64,000 nt of DNA from Adineta vaga (GCA_021613535.1 CP075496.1:8618001-8682000), one strand, 5' to 3'; shown: positions 1-13,800, counted from the stretch's first letter. The notes: generated by a model not told the origin, from the sequence alone. Numbers and translations: made by a program.

Positions 1-860
1 TTTCATTTCCGAAAAACGTTGATTTAATGTTGGTTCATATTCTACTTCTCCTCGAGCAAAATGAACCATTGAATCAGGATACAATGTATCGATCAAGTTG
101 ACCGGATTTGGACTTCGTGTTGCTAACATTTCGTCAATGGTAAGACGTTGTACAAGAAATTTTTGATGTCGGACTTTTTCTCCTAATCGAATGATTTCAT
201 TCCAACTTGTCCGTGATCCAATAATTCCCGAATGAGGTTCCCATCGTTCTAAATCAAGTGCAGCTGCAACAAACTTTGCAACATCTTCTAACAAAGTAAC
301 ATTCAATGGTTCATCGCCAGTACCAGCAAACCAAGCAGTACATTTATTAATATCAACACCAAAAACCATCGGCTCCAAAGAAGGATTACTTCGTTGCGGT
401 GTTGCAAAATAATCCATAAATAATCCATTTAGAAATAAAGTATATTCAATACCAGATTTTTTTACGGCATCAACAACTGGCTTCTTTACTTTCGTAAATA
501 ATTCTATCGATTCATTTCTCTCACTTGTACCAGTCCATTCAGAGGGTGCAAATCGTTTTACACCAGCATCGATTGATGCTTTTAGTAGAGCAATTTGAGC
601 ATCACGACAGATTCATTCACATCAGCAATACATGATATGACAGTATGAACATTTTCTAAACCTTTAACAAGTTGTTGATGATCATTATAATCGACTGTAA
701 TGAAGATAACATCTTTGGATACCAGATCAGATGATTGTTGACGTGAAAATACAACAACTCTATACTTTCCAGTGGTATGAATTGCATTTACAATATTTCG
801 ACCAACCGATCCTGTCCCTCCTGCAACAACAACTTTTTTCATTTCATCCATCTTTAACAT
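1..860 (-). CDS. NmrA/isoflavone-reductase-like NAD(P)-binding oxidoreductase (3' end runs off window; single-base frameshift near 610)
   Basis: Rossmann motif VVVAGGTGSVG. After a frameshift at ~610 the frame continues RDAQIALLKASIDAGVKRFAPSEW...GIEYTLFLNGLFMDYF...TLLEDVAKFVAAALDLERW, which is typical of NmrA/IFR proteins. No introns seen. Confidence 0.85.
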
Positions 861-1022
861 TCAGTAAACTATTCTCGTGTTTGTTTTTATATACAAAAGA
901 TAACTATTTTGATTCTAAGATATCAACATTTCAAGCACATTTAAACACAAAAAATGAGTACAGATGACACGTATATACTTTAAAAACACTACCATTATCT
1001 TTTAGACAAAAATATCCAAGTT

Positions 1023-1541
1023 TTAATTTTTAATTTTGCCTTGTTCGTTATCGTACGCTTGGAGACATCTGTAAGACCAAAAAGCAGTCACTAAATCTTG
1101 AAGACCAAAAATAATCAGTTGTATTTCAATAGAACTAGAACCGACAGTAATAAAAAAACATAATCATTCAATTACTTTCAAAGTAATACTCACTAAAAAT
1201 ATACCATAGCAACTATTACAGGTAGAGCAAACAAACGTCCTATTATACTTGCTCTAAATATTGAAAAATAAAACCAAATTGAAAGTTAAAAACAATTTCA
1301 ATTTTCATTACCGAAAAAAATCAATCAATCCATATTTTCCAGCAATATAATAATAGTATCCAATGATGGCTACACCTAAACCTGTTGATCGTACATATTG
1401 AGCAGCTTGTGCTGTTTGAAGAGGTAATACGAATAATAATTTCGTTGCCAAATGTGGAAAGAGTAGAAGTAATAAGCCTTGAATGATTAATAATATTCCC
1501 ACCGATGTAAAACTTGTTTTTAATGCTCGTTCAGTCGACAT
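1023..1541 (-). CDS. Small ~4-TM membrane protein resembling a bacterial hypothetical family; 3 exons
   Basis: Spliced product MSTERALKTSFTSVGILLIIQGLLLLLFP...GYYYYIAGKYGLIDFFR/ASIIGRLFALPVIVAMVYF/YSIEIQLIIFGLQDLVTAFWSYRCL...KIKN*. Two GT-AG introns at ~1254-1309 and ~1135-1192. Confidence 0.7.
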
Positions 1542-1844
1542 TCTTGAATACAATTCTATCCAAAAGAAAACGATTTTGTTTTTCTTTCTGTTTTTCACGT
1601 GGGTAACAGCGTCCTTGTGTTTACGTCTTTTTTCTATTACTATGACAGAAAGAGAGAAACGTTCTCTTTTTTCTTTCAGTCAACGATTTGTTCGTCGCTA
1701 TTGGTCTAGTCAATTCTAAGTAGATACAAACACATCTTTTTTCGTATAGGCTTGTTATTTTTACTCGAAAAAAAAAGAGAAAAAATATTTTAACATAAAT
1801 TTCAGTTTTTTATCACCAGGTATTTTGATGCATTGATAGTTTCT

Positions 1845-2420
1845 TCAAGGTTCAGAAAAATAGGACTGACGCGTAGCCCAGCGTCGATGTGGATAATCAT
1901 GTTTATATGCCGTTGGAATCCAAACTGGTCGTTCTTCTGGTATTCGGCGTTGACGAAGACGTTGAAGATCAAGTTGTCGAGATAAATATTCCGATAATTT
2001 ATCTTCTTCGTATGCCACTTTCTTTGGTGGTCTTCTCGAAGTTGGTCGAGGTGATGGCGATGGTGAAATAGAAATTTGATCAACAACATAATCATGACAA
2101 ATCGAACAATAATGAACAGGCGATACTGGTCGAGAATAACTTGGACGTCTTGTACGTGAATAACAGATAGAACAATCTACATCACATTGAGATGAGTCAA
2201 CTGTCGATGAACATAATCGACATGTTTCTTTTTCTAATCGTAAATCTTGTAATTCTTCACGTAAATCAGCTAATTCTCTTTGAACTCTCGTTAGATCATT
2301 GTTTAATCTTGCATTTGAATCTTCGACTAATATTCGATTTGTTGTTGCTGCCGTTGAATAGATAGGCACATAACTCACAGGTGATCTCCAATAGGAATCA
2401 GTAACTGGAACATAATACAT
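1845..2420 (-). CDS. Hypothetical protein with coiled coil and CxxC motifs
   Basis: Open frame from ATG at 2420 (MYYVPVTDSYW). Heptad segment LNNDLTRVQRELADLREELQDL, CxxC motifs (CRLC, CSIC x2) and a Pro/Arg/Ser-rich linker. Confidence 0.6.
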   Translation of the reverse strand: MYYVPVTDSYWRSPVSYVPIYSTAATTNRILVEDSNARLNNDLTRVQRELADLREELQDLRLEKETCRLCSSTVDSSQCDVDCSICYSRTRRPSYSRPVSPVHYCSICHDYVVDQISISPSPSPRPTSRRPPKKVAYEEDKLSEYLSRQLDLQRLRQRRIPEERPVWIPTAYKHDYPHRRWATRQSYFSEP

Positions 2421-2654
2421 CTTTTTTTCTTTTGACAATGATGTAGATGAGAAAGAAGAAAAAGTAAAATGACTCGTTACTACCAACAGAATACCAAAAC
2501 AACTTCTTTTCTTTTCTTTTCTACATCTTTCTCTTTCTAACAAATAAAAAAACAACAACGACCATTACCACAACAATCTTTCTCTTTCTCGTGAGAGTTT
2601 TACTTCACAACAAAATGACATGTGTAACTACAAAATATTTTTGTATTTTTTCTC

Positions 2655-5600
2655 TCAATCGCTCGATTTTAAAAATGCATGTCGATAAATCCATTTCAAA
2701 CATTGGTGCACTTGTCGATTCCATTGCTTTTCGGTATGTTCGTGACGAAGATGAAGTCTTGCAGGTGTTCGTAAACATTGTAAACGGAAAATTTCCCATT
2801 CACGTAGTAATTCATATCGTCTCGTTGCATTTCGTACTCGAGCAATTGCAGATAAATCAGCTATTTCACCAACAGCCAACGCTAAACAAAATCATATTTT
2901 TTTATATATAAAGAAAAAAACTCCACTTCTTGTAGAAATTTTTTTTTTACCAGTCAAGAGATTATTAACAAGAATTGTCATTGTTATACCAAACAAAAGG
3001 AAAATAACAAAAAGTACTGGATATAGACTAATGTATGCATCGCTATCTGGACCAAAGAAACGATCTTCATAACCAGTATCTAATACCATAAAAGCTATCG
3101 AGAAAGAAAAGTTCAGGAAATTTTCGAAAATTTTCTGAAAATTTTAACCTGATCTAAACCATGCAAATGGTATTGTTGAAAAAACCGGTTGATTTTGTAA
3201 AAGCATATAGAATGCTGATGAAAATGAACAAATTAATATGGCTAAAACAGGTGCAAACCATGAAAATTTTAACATAATTACTTCTAACATAACTACATAA
3301 ACTCCAAATATTGGTAGAAAACGAAGATATGATAATAAGGTTGCCCAAGCAAGAAAAACTCCAAAAGCTCCAACTTGCCATTGTCGTGGACAACGAAGTA
3401 TAACTTTACTTTGCCATTGATCATTATCATATAAACAGATGAAACCAAGAAAAAATGAAATCGTTTCAAGATAAAGTCGCCATACTAATGAACAACGATG
3501 AACACCGATGATTAACAATGCATCTTTACAAATGTGAATCCATAAAAGTACAATAACTAACATTTTTAGTATACGATCAATTGGTTGTTTTACTGCTTCA
3601 TGAATATTTAATTTAACAAGATATTGAGCAACTTGAGAACATTCCTAGATATGAAAAGAAGAAAACAATTTCGAAGATTAGTTCAAATTCGAAAGTTTTA
3701 CAAACCATTTGAGTTGTGCCATTTGCATAACGTCCATTTGGAAATGATGCATTAACTAATCGATAAAAATATTCCGGTTGTTTATTTCTTAACATAATTA
3801 TTGTGAATAAAATTAAATAAATACAATAAATTAAAAATGATATTAAAAAGAAAGGTAAACCAAATTGTTTCCATTTCAATTGTGTTAATTGATTACATAA
3901 TGGATGATGCATTAATTTATAACTATGACGAACATTTTCATATTCTTCTTCATGATCTTTTAAATCAATTTGTTTGGCACATTTACACATGACAGAAAGA
4001 ACACTATTATGTACTAAGGTATGTGGATCTGTTGTATAAGCCATTAATGGTTGATAAAGACTATTATGATGATATATACTTTGAAATTTCAATGGTTTAC
4101 GATGACAGAATAATGGAAAATAAGATGTATGAATATGATTCTGAGTAAGTAACGGAAATGTTCGATCATGTTGCCATTGTTCAATAAAACAATGATCTTC
4201 AAGAAATTCAAAATCATAAATGATTTTATATTGTGCTTTGTATTTATTTCCAATACGTGTTATACAAATATCTAATACTCGATAAGCTAAATCTGGCATA
4301 CATGTAATTAATTTTCTTAATGGTGTATCTACATGTTGATAATGGATGTCAAGAATTTGAGCATTACGTAAAAGATTTTTAAATAAAGAAATATTATTTA
4401 AATTTAATAAATATTCAACAAATGAACGATTACGTGCAAGAGTAGCTGTTTCAAGACAATTATGACCCAAACCATCGATGGCTGTTAAAAGATCAAAAGG
4501 TATTTGTTTACAATTTTGTATATATCGTAGAAAAATATCTAGAATACACACAGATGCATCAATTCCATTGATATATTTCATATTAACACATTGTGCAACA
4601 CAATGTAATGATGTTGATTCTTCTGCATCACGTGCATAAACATTAACATTTAATACAAATAATTCTTTTACTATTTCAATATATCCTTTTAAACATGCTA
4701 ATTGTAATGGGGTTCGAATTTGACCATCGGTTTGTTCTAATAGATAATGTTTACCCGACGTGTTAACATATTGAAGAAAAAAATTCATAAGATAAACATC
4801 ACCATAAAGAATAGCAATATGAAATGATGATTGACCCGTTCTATTTTTCAATCCAATTGCATAAACATGAGATTTTGTTAACATGGAAAGCATCGTTGAT
4901 GGCATAAGACGAATATCATTGGTATAGATATGAGTAGATCGAATTAATTCACCATCGATCTTATCGAGATAGATACATGGTTGTTGAATTTCATCGAGTT
5001 TATCAGATAATTCAAGTAATAATTGACAGAATGTATATAATTTGAGTCGAACAGCAAGATGAAGTGGTGTTTCATCATTATAATCTAGAGTATATATCAT
5101 TGGTTCAATTAATTGTAAGAATAGAGATGAATTCGATTGAATTTTTAAAAATAAACTTTGTAAAATACTAGATTCTCGTGATAGAACACTAAGATGTAAT
5201 AAAGTTCGACCATATCGATCAATTAATAAATCTGATTTTGTTAAAATTAATTCGAGTGTATAATTGAATATTAATTCGAAACATTTCAATTGACCAGCAT
5301 AGACTGTTGAAAGAAGTGGAATAAATCCATGTTGTTTCTCACGTAAAAATATCGCATTTGGTTCATGATCATCTTGTTGTTGTCGTTCAAGTAGATATTG
5401 AACAGTTGTTAAACAACCGAATTTACAAGCAATATGAAGAATGGTTTCACCAGTCTGTTCATTAATAACAAACCAAATAGGATATAAATCAAGAATAGTA
5501 AGATCTTCAGCAAGAATTGCTCTGTAGATTCGATTCGAAATACTTTTATCTTTTTCTTGCCAACGAAAATGATCATGTGGAATATGTTTGAAAAGTTCTT

Positions 5601-6585
5601 CAAGAATATCTTGATGATCATAGCTTTGTGCTAATGAAAATGCATCATGACCATCTGTTGTATTTGCATTAATATAATCCATTTTTGTACAGATAGGAAA
5701 ACATGTTTTATGTGATACACTTCGTCCCATCCATTTCCATCTACTCAATTGAAGTTCTGATGAACCAGCTCGAAATAATAAAGCTCGAACGATTGTATTC
5801 GTTTGATTATAACGACAAGCATAATGTAATGGAGTTGCTTGACGAATATCTTTTGCCTAGAAATAAGAAAAGATATTCTTGTAGTTTTACAATCGATAAC
5901 TTACTGCAATACATGCTCGATATTGAAGTAATAATTTAACGTTAGCAATTCGATTCGACATAATTGCATGATGTAATGCTGTTCGACCTTGATCATCTCG
6001 TTTATCAATATTCACTAAGGATTTGTGTTTAGTTTGATATTTAGTTAATAAATAGAATAATAATGATTGAGATTGATCACGTTCAGTATCATTATTGATT
6101 TCTTTCGATCGAGCAGCAATATGTAAGATGGTTTCACCATTCTTTCCAAAGGTATTAAAATCTATATTATTTCGAGAATGAAATCTATGATCTTTTTTTT
6201 GTGTCTGTATTTATTACCGCAGTTTTCATTAGCTAATCTTTGACAAACTTCTAAATTATTATAATAAGCTACATAATGTAATACGGATAAATTATCTTTA
6301 TCAAGTACTTCAGCAAGTACTCGAATTGTTTTATTAAAAGTCGATGAATGTCCACTTGTAAAAACAAAATAACTCTTTATTTTTGATGATTTTTCAAGAT
6401 TTCTATGGCACGAATGAAGAGTTTCATAGAAATAATTCCACCATTGAATTGCTTCTTTAACATCTGATGTTCGTGTAGCCTAAATAGATGAAAATGGAAA
6501 ATAGATTTTGAAACATCTTATAAATAACCTTGAGTAATAGATCTAACAATCGAACCGTATTTGTATTATTCGTTGTCATGTTCAT
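2655..6585 (-). CDS. TRPA-like ankyrin-repeat cation channel (multi-exon)
   Basis: Many ankyrin repeats (GETILHIAA, GRTALHHA, ATPLHYAC, ETPLHLAV, TPLQLAC), then HPLCNQLTQLKWKQFG, six TM segments, FGVYVVM and ILVNNLLTG/LAVGEI (TRPA S6 region). Exons are joined by GT-AG introns. Confidence 0.88.
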
Positions 6586-6864
6586 TGATTTTTCTGAAGA
6601 AAGAGGATTTCTATATATATATATATATATATGAATTTCAAATTCATTGTTGGAAGAAGCCTGTGAAGATAGAAGTAAAAAAATCATTGGAATAGAAAAA
6701 AAAGAACCTCAAATCACCTTGTCAGATGATTTATTGGTTTCTCATGATTTTTTTCTACTTTTTTGTTAATTATATCTTCAAGAAATATACAATGACATTC
6801 AACTGGTGTTTTTTATATTTTATTCGAATGAAATCATCACAGTACAGGAAAGAAAAGGAACGTC

Positions 6865-7410
6865 TTATTTAATTTTTTGTTTTGAATTTTTTGTCTGAAA
6901 CATCCATAAAATTCCGTTAATAATAACACTAAACAAACTTCCACAAAAAAAGACTAATTTGATCAAACCTGTATAACATGCTAATGTCATAATCGTATCA
7001 TTTCGTTGAGGATAAATATCCAAAACATATTTCTCTGCAATATTTTCGATATAATCTACAATCATGTAAATGAATGGACCAATCATATAATGACTTCGTT
7101 TTCCTAATGCTAAATTTGGCAGAGTTAATGTAAGAAAAAATAAAATAGGTAAAACAAAATCAGTATAATTAGCTAAGCGATACGCATGACGGCCATAACT
7201 ACCTAAACTTGTCAATGCTTGATATCCTTCATCCGGTGTGTAATAAGTCGTTTGATCGAGAACTATTGGAATAGAATTCAAACCAGTTGATGTAGCATAT
7301 TCTTGTAACGGTTTTAAAAAGAGATAAAAATTAAGAGCTGTTAATGACCAGGATACGATAACAGTGTATCTATTCGCCCAAGGTTTTAATATACGATAAA
7401 GTTTCTCCAT
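6865..7410 (-). CDS. Intronless membrane protein resembling a bacterial hypothetical family
   Basis: 181-aa ORF with LDQTTYYTPDEGYQALTSLGSYGRHAY..DFVLP and DYIEN..YP motifs and several hydrophobic helices. Confidence 0.7.
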   Translation of the reverse strand: MEKLYRILKPWANRYTVIVSWSLTALNFYLFLKPLQEYATSTGLNSIPIVLDQTTYYTPDEGYQALTSLGSYGRHAYRLANYTDFVLPILFFLTLTLPNLALGKRSHYMIGPFIYMIVDYIENIAEKYVLDIYPQRNDTIMTLACYTGLIKLVFFCGSLFSVIINGILWMFQTKNSKQKIK

Positions 7411-7610
7411 CGATAATCATCAATTCACTTGGCTTTTTTTAAATTAATAAACTCGTATTTTTTGCTTCTTACTTATGCAGGTAATATGAAAGCTCACACG
7501 TGATGAAAGTCAAGGACAAAATTTGTTTTTTTTCCCTCTTCAACACAGTTTATATTGACAAACGACAAGGAAAATATTAAATAGTTAACAAAGATTTTAT
7601 TTACATATGA

Positions 7611-8615
7611 TCATACAAAAATATTATTTACTGTTTCATTTACTGATAATGTTGTTGTTGTAATTAATGATGTATCTCGAAAAGTATCTTTTCGAGTTCT
7701 TGAAAATGATTGTGTTGATAGATTTCGAGGTTTCTTAAAAGTTAATATGCGAAGAAGTTCTCGACGATAAACACTTCCAGAAAAAATGTACAGAAAAAAT
7801 GATACAAAATAATCACATTGTTGCCAAGTGATAAATGCATTTCGTACAGCATCTATAGTTGTTGTTTGTGTTAATGGATCAATGGAAATCATACAATAAA
7901 CAACACCATACGGAAGTACAAACATCAAATGAACAACAATTTGTAAGATTAACATTCGAGCTAATTGTCCTTCTGTGCGTCGTCGTCGCATGGAACTTGT
8001 TAAAGGCAATGCTCGAATTGATTGTCGACGAATATTATTGATTGTTGATAAACCAAATAGAAACATTACGAAAGGAGCAACGATATAATATAGAAACACT
8101 TGACTGAATATATAAATACTGGTCAGAAGATGTTTTTGTGGTATACATTTATGATTAGATTCATTCCATTTATAAATAATTAACATTGGAGACATATAAA
8201 TCGAAGATAAGATTGTACCGGAGATGATATTTGTTCGTGCTGTACGTATAGTACTTTTTGCATGAACACGACGTGATCTTGAACTTGAGCAATAACGATC
8301 GAAGGATGCAAGAATTAACATTAGATTTGCTAGAAATGGAATTAAAAAAAGAATTGATGATTGTATTTTACAGCCAATACGTCCGTGTGACCAATCAATA
8401 AAAAACCCATTTAAAAACAATGTAGGACAAATTAAACAAGTATATATTGTATTAAATACTGCATAGGCAAGAAAATAATGTGTACATGATGATGAACGTA
8501 ATACTCGAGAACCTAATACACGTATATTAATAAAATTTGTCGTAATTGCCAAAGAAAATTGTAAAGGTTGTATATAGATATTTGCTTTTAGAACTTGTTC
8601 GAATAAATTACTCAT
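7611..8615 (-). CDS. Rhodopsin-like orphan GPCR (cluster 1, copy A)
   Basis: 334 aa, 7 hydrophobic segments, ASFDRY motif, FFLY...YRREL helix 7/8 motif; intronless. Confidence 0.9.
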   Translation of the reverse strand: MSNLFEQVLKANIYIQPLQFSLAITTNFINIRVLGSRVLRSSSCTHYFLAYAVFNTIYTCLICPTLFLNGFFIDWSHGRIGCKIQSSILFLIPFLANLMLILASFDRYCSSSRSRRVHAKSTIRTARTNIISGTILSSIYMSPMLIIYKWNESNHKCIPQKHLLTSIYIFSQVFLYYIVAPFVMFLFGLSTINNIRRQSIRALPLTSSMRRRRTEGQLARMLILQIVVHLMFVLPYGVVYCMISIDPLTQTTTIDAVRNAFITWQQCDYFVSFFLYIFSGSVYRRELLRILTFKKPRNLSTQSFSRTRKDTFRDTSLITTTTLSVNETVNNIFV

Positions 8616-10483
8616 ATCTAAAGAAAATTTACAACTAAAACTGTAAATATATATATATATATATTCTACTCGCTAATTTCATGTATGAAAGAAATTCTTC
8701 TGCTCTTTCAGAATATATATATATATATATCCAAATAGAGATTTCTATAAATAACTAATAAATATTAGACATCGTAAATACTTTGTAGTCTTTCATGACG
8801 TTTATTATGAAAAAAGACTTCCGTGGTAAATGATCTTCTGAAACATTAATGTTCATTTGGAAGGAATTATGATGAAGATTAACGGAAGCAGTCTAGAAGA
8901 AAATAAGGTCATCAAGCGAAATTCTAACGTCATCTGCGACTAAAAGGATATGATTTCTTCCTATTTGAACTTTGCTATCGAAATCTAAATTATGATTTGA
9001 CGTCATCAAGATCTTTTTTTTTACCTAGAACAACAAATTTTGTTTTCTCGCTCTAGTTGATCAAAAATCATCCTGTTTTCTATTGAATGATATTTCTGGT
9101 ACACAGAAAGATGTTCGCGACTACGACAAGATTTTTTTTTCCTATCAACTTCAGTACATCAAAAAAAGAACTTCGGAGGAGTTTATAACAGTATATATAA
9201 ATATATATCTTCTCCTATGTAATTTTCTAAAAGAAATAGAATATCGTATGAAAAATATTCTTAGACATCGCACAACCTAATATTTATCTTCTACCAGATT
9301 GTATGATTTGATCAGTAACAATCATGTCGATTCTTCGACAAGCACATCATTTTTTTCATGATTAACTCACTAGTTTATTCCAAATATTTAATTGAATGTT
9401 CACACTTCCTTCCGACATTTTTTCCTACTTCTTTTCAGCCTTCTTCTTTTGTCAAACATGCTACTTCATTTTCTTTTTCTACTCTAAACTACAATCAAAT
9501 GCCCGAGAAAGACGTTTATCAGTTTTACACATAAATTTTGTTGTTCCACTTCGATCATATGATCGAATCAAAGGAAAGTACACAATAATATGTAATGTCA
9601 AACAAAATGTAGGTTGATATGCTCATTGTTTCAATTTCATTATGCGATCATTTTGAAGGTATTTCTTGTATTGAATTGATGTAATTATATATAGGTGAGA
9701 TGAAAGATTCAATCCTCGTGAGATCCACTGATATGAAACCATATCAGAATAAAGTGAATCATGTCAGCTACATTTGTTTTCATTTTTTTTTCTACTCAAG
9801 CTCTTTTGATCTTTGTAGTGCCGTATGTACATAGAAAATGTTTGTTTTTTTGAAGTGATGTACTTTCTATATGGCTTAGCCATAGTATTGAATACATGCG
9901 AATGTCAATAGTATGAAGATTTTGGATTGAATGTTCTTTTCCAACTAAGATAGTTTGAGTTTTAAATACTGTCTATTTTTCTTTTCGATTCTCGAAGAAA
10001 TAATCTGTTTAAATACAAAGTGACTACGTAATGACATGCACACGCTTAATTGAGTGTTTTTATCATGTCTCCTCCGCGTATTTGCTATTCAATATAATGT
10101 CAGCTTGTATTATTTGCGAGATTATTATTAATTTTATAAATACTTAACTCTCAAAGTGCATTTTACAAAGATGCACCATAAGATGATCTTGAATCAATTA
10201 ACAAACAACAAAAAATTTATATACAAATACTCCATTGGGATATCTGATAGTTATACAAAAGAAAAGAAGTACATTTGTTACATCAGAATACATGCTAAAG
10301 TCACTAGACGTTTCATTTGATTGGAAATCTTTGCTCAATAATTACAGCGAATATTGGAGTTTAAATATTCATAATGAGTAAAATGTGAAGACTTATTATA
10401 ATCTTTAATGTCCACAGAAATAATAAGTTCACTTTCAGTTGTTGAGACAAAATTTTGAGCATAGTACAATGAATTTCCACGGC

Positions 10484-11458
10484 CTATAAACGATTGATCA
10501 CAGGAATGGTAACATTACGAATTGTGCCATTTTGTTTGAATCGAATTGAATGTATTTGTGTTTGATTGGAACGTTTACAAGATGAAAAGAGATGAAAAAG
10601 TTCTTTACGATAAACTTTTCCCGAACAAACATAAAGAAAAAATGACATGAAATAATCACATTGTTGCCATAGTACTAATATATAACGAATACCTATGATA
10701 TTCGGTGTTCGTGTTGATATATCAAGAGCATTCATTGAATAGACTATACCAAATGGTAGAGTTAAAACAAGATGTACAGTCATTTGAAGAATTAACATTC
10801 GAGCTAATTGTCCTTCAGTTCGACGATTTCGACTTGATCTTGGTCGTGGAAATGTACAAACTGCATATTGATGAATATTTATAATAGTTAACAAACCAAA
10901 AATAATCATTAATAACGGTGCTGAAATATAGAAAACAATAATTTGACTAAAAATATAAGTATTAATTAAAGGATTGGAATATTGCGAACAAATGCCAGTG
11001 GTTTCATTGAAATAATACATAAAAGACATTGGTGACATATAGATTGCCGAGAGAATAGTACTGATAAGAATAATTAATCTTGCTGTTCGTTTTGTACTTT
11101 CTGAATAGAATCGTCGTGCCCGAGAACTAGAACAATAACGATCAAATGAAGCTAATACCAACATCAGTCGAGCGATAAATGGTGGTAAAAATATAAGATA
11201 TAAATGTATTTTACATCCAATTCGAGTATTTCCTACATCAATACGAAAACCACGTAAAAATTGTGTTGGACATACGAAAAAAGTATAAATAATACTAGAA
11301 ATAGCATATCCAAGAAAATAATATGTACATGGAGATGTTCGAAGAGTACGAGAACATAAAATACGTATATTAATTATATTCGTAATCATTACTAATATAA
11401 ATTCAATTGGTTGAAGATAAATATTTGCTTGTAAAGCCAAATTTAAAATTTCAGTCAT
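10484..11458 (-). CDS. Rhodopsin-like orphan GPCR (cluster 1, copy B)
   Basis: 324-aa paralog of copy A (ANIYLQP, ASFDRY, RRTEGQLARMLILQ, WQQCDYF). Confidence 0.9.
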   Translation of the reverse strand: MTEILNLALQANIYLQPIEFILVMITNIINIRILCSRTLRTSPCTYYFLGYAISSIIYTFFVCPTQFLRGFRIDVGNTRIGCKIHLYLIFLPPFIARLMLVLASFDRYCSSSRARRFYSESTKRTARLIILISTILSAIYMSPMSFMYYFNETTGICSQYSNPLINTYIFSQIIVFYISAPLLMIIFGLLTIINIHQYAVCTFPRPRSSRNRRTEGQLARMLILQMTVHLVLTLPFGIVYSMNALDISTRTPNIIGIRYILVLWQQCDYFMSFFLYVCSGKVYRKELFHLFSSCKRSNQTQIHSIRFKQNGTIRNVTIPVINRL

Positions 11459-11971
11459 ATCTAGAATAATATAATGGTGAAATCAACAGAATGATCTTTT
11501 TCTATGGTTTCAATTGATATAATATAGAATAAAGCACCTAGGGAAAAGACAACGCTTTACTGTAATTATTCGGAAGTGATGTTTCTTTTCTGACACTTAA
11601 AACGTTTGATAACTTTCTACTAATAACAAGGAGTAATAATTTGTTTTCATTCAACTATAGAAAACCAGAATTCTTAACATGTCACGAAGTCACTATTAAA
11701 ATAGATTTTGCATTAATTACCGCTGTCACATCTGTATAATCTTTCTATGCTTACCAATTGTCACGACAGCAGCACTTCATCTTTTTCTCTATCTCTCATA
11801 TTAATTATTTAAATAATAGAACAGATATGAAAGTCATTAAGTAAAGTTTTACTAAGAAGACAATATCTGGTCAAATTCATTTAATGATAAAAGAATAAAG
11901 CAGTAAAGATGAACACTTAAATTAAAGTGATGTTAATATCTATTGTTCTTTTTATTAGTTACCTAAAGATT

Positions 11972-12570
11972 TCAAGAGTTCAAAGTAATCATATTTCTTA
12001 AACATAAAATTGACCTTAAAAGTCGAACGAATTGTCGACGATAGATACTTCCTATGAGAATATAAAGAAAATAATCACATTGTTGCCATATGACAAATAT
12101 TAAACGTATGCCTATTATTGTTAATGTTTGTGTTGATAATTGAAAACAATTCATCCTATAAATTATTCCAAATGGAAGTGCAAATATTAAATGAGTACCA
12201 TCTTGAAGAAGTAACATACAAGTCAATGGTTTCTCTCTTCGATGAACATATGAACTTGTTACAAATGATGTTAAACAAGTTGCTTGCTGATGAATGTTCG
12301 ATACTGTTAATAAATCAAATATTATTAATAAGAAAGGTGATATTATATAATAAAGACTAACTTGAATGGATATATAAATACTTACTAATGTATTTGATTT
12401 GATTAAACAAATACCATTATCTTCACAGTTCATATAGACGGAAGTTTAAAGGATTTTAAAATATAATAATAACGATCAAATGATGCAAAAATAAGCATTA
12501 GATTTGTGTTGAACAGATTAAACATGTATAGATAATGCTAAAAATTGCATCCGCAAGAAAATAATGAGAT
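11972..12570 (-). pseudogene. Truncated GPCR paralog (cluster 1, copy C)
   Basis: TM5-TM7 homology (WQQCDYFLYILIGSIYRRQF). Upstream only broken fragments remain (NLMLIFASFDRY at ~12470-12505), with deletions. Confidence 0.75.
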
Positions 12571-12852
12571 ATTGATGGCATAAAGAGAATCCATTGAGCG
12601 AAAAAGTCAGTATTATTTTCTGTAGGTTTGCCAATTAGAATCAATTTGAGAAAGAAGAAGTTAAGATTGTGTATATAGGTGAAATATTATTATAACCAAT
12701 TAAAAAAGATGATATAAAAAAAGGTCATTAGAGAATGATGCTTATTATTTTTTATTCGACTAAAAATCTTTTCAAAATAATTTCTCGTAATTAAAGTCAA
12801 TTGACATTGTTATTATTTTCTTTGACTATATATTATACAAATCACAAAACAT

Positions 12853-13800
12853 TCATAAATTTTCCGGTAATGTATTCGAAAAAACAGGATAAAGATGACG
12901 TTGTCTATTATCAAAACAAGCTGTTTGTAATAATCGAATTAATTCTTGACGATAAACTCTTCCTGTAAGAATATAGAGAAAAAATGAAATAAAATAATCA
13001 AGTTGTTGCCACATTACTAAAATATATCGTATGGCTAAAACATTTGGTGTTCGTGTCGATGGTATTAAACTATGTATAAAGTAAATGATACCAAATGGAA
13101 ATATTAGAATGATATGAAGGCTTATTTGAACAAGTAACATTAGAGTCAATTGTCGTTCAGTTTGACGTCGTCGCATGGATACGATTGAAAGTTTGGCACG
13201 AACTGAGTATTGACTAATGTTCGAAATTGTTAATAAACCAAATGTAAACATTACTATAGGAGCAAGAAAATAGTAAAGAAGCATTTGAGTAAATATATAA
13301 ATACTAATAATTGTATTCACTTCTGATAAACATTTATAATCATTCTTATTCCATTTATAGATAATCAACATTGGTGACATATAGATTGTGGATAGAATAG
13401 TACTCAAGATAATATTGATTCTTGCTGTGCGTATTGCAGTTTTTGAATACATTCGACTCAATTTCATACTGGAACAATAACGGTCAAGAGATGCAAGTAT
13501 TAACATAAGATTTGCTTGACAAGGAATTAGAAATAAGAAATAAAAATGTAATTTACAACCAATCGATCCACTTGCCCAATCGATATGAAAACCACGTAAG
13601 AATTGTGTTGGACACACTAGACAAGTATAGATAATACTAAAAATAGCATAGGCACGAAAATAATGTGTACACGGTGATCGGTGAAGTTTATCAGAACTTA
13701 AAATACAAATATTTAGTAGATTTGTAATAGTCGAAAGAAGAAATTGGACAGGTTGAAGATAGATATTTGCTTGGAGAACATGTTCTAACAGTTCTGTCAT
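12853..13800 (-). CDS. Rhodopsin-like orphan GPCR (cluster 1, copy D)
   Basis: MTELLEHVLQANIYLQP start, ASLDRY, WQQLDYF; 7TM; intronless. Confidence 0.9.
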   Translation of the reverse strand: MTELLEHVLQANIYLQPVQFLLSTITNLLNICILSSDKLHRSPCTHYFRAYAIFSIIYTCLVCPTQFLRGFHIDWASGSIGCKLHFYFLFLIPCQANLMLILASLDRYCSSMKLSRMYSKTAIRTARINIILSTILSTIYMSPMLIIYKWNKNDYKCLSEVNTIISIYIFTQMLLYYFLAPIVMFTFGLLTISNISQYSVRAKLSIVSMRRRQTERQLTLMLLVQISLHIILIFPFGIIYFIHSLIPSTRTPNVLAIRYILVMWQQLDYFISFFLYILTGRVYRQELIRLLQTACFDNRQRHLYPVFSNTLPENL

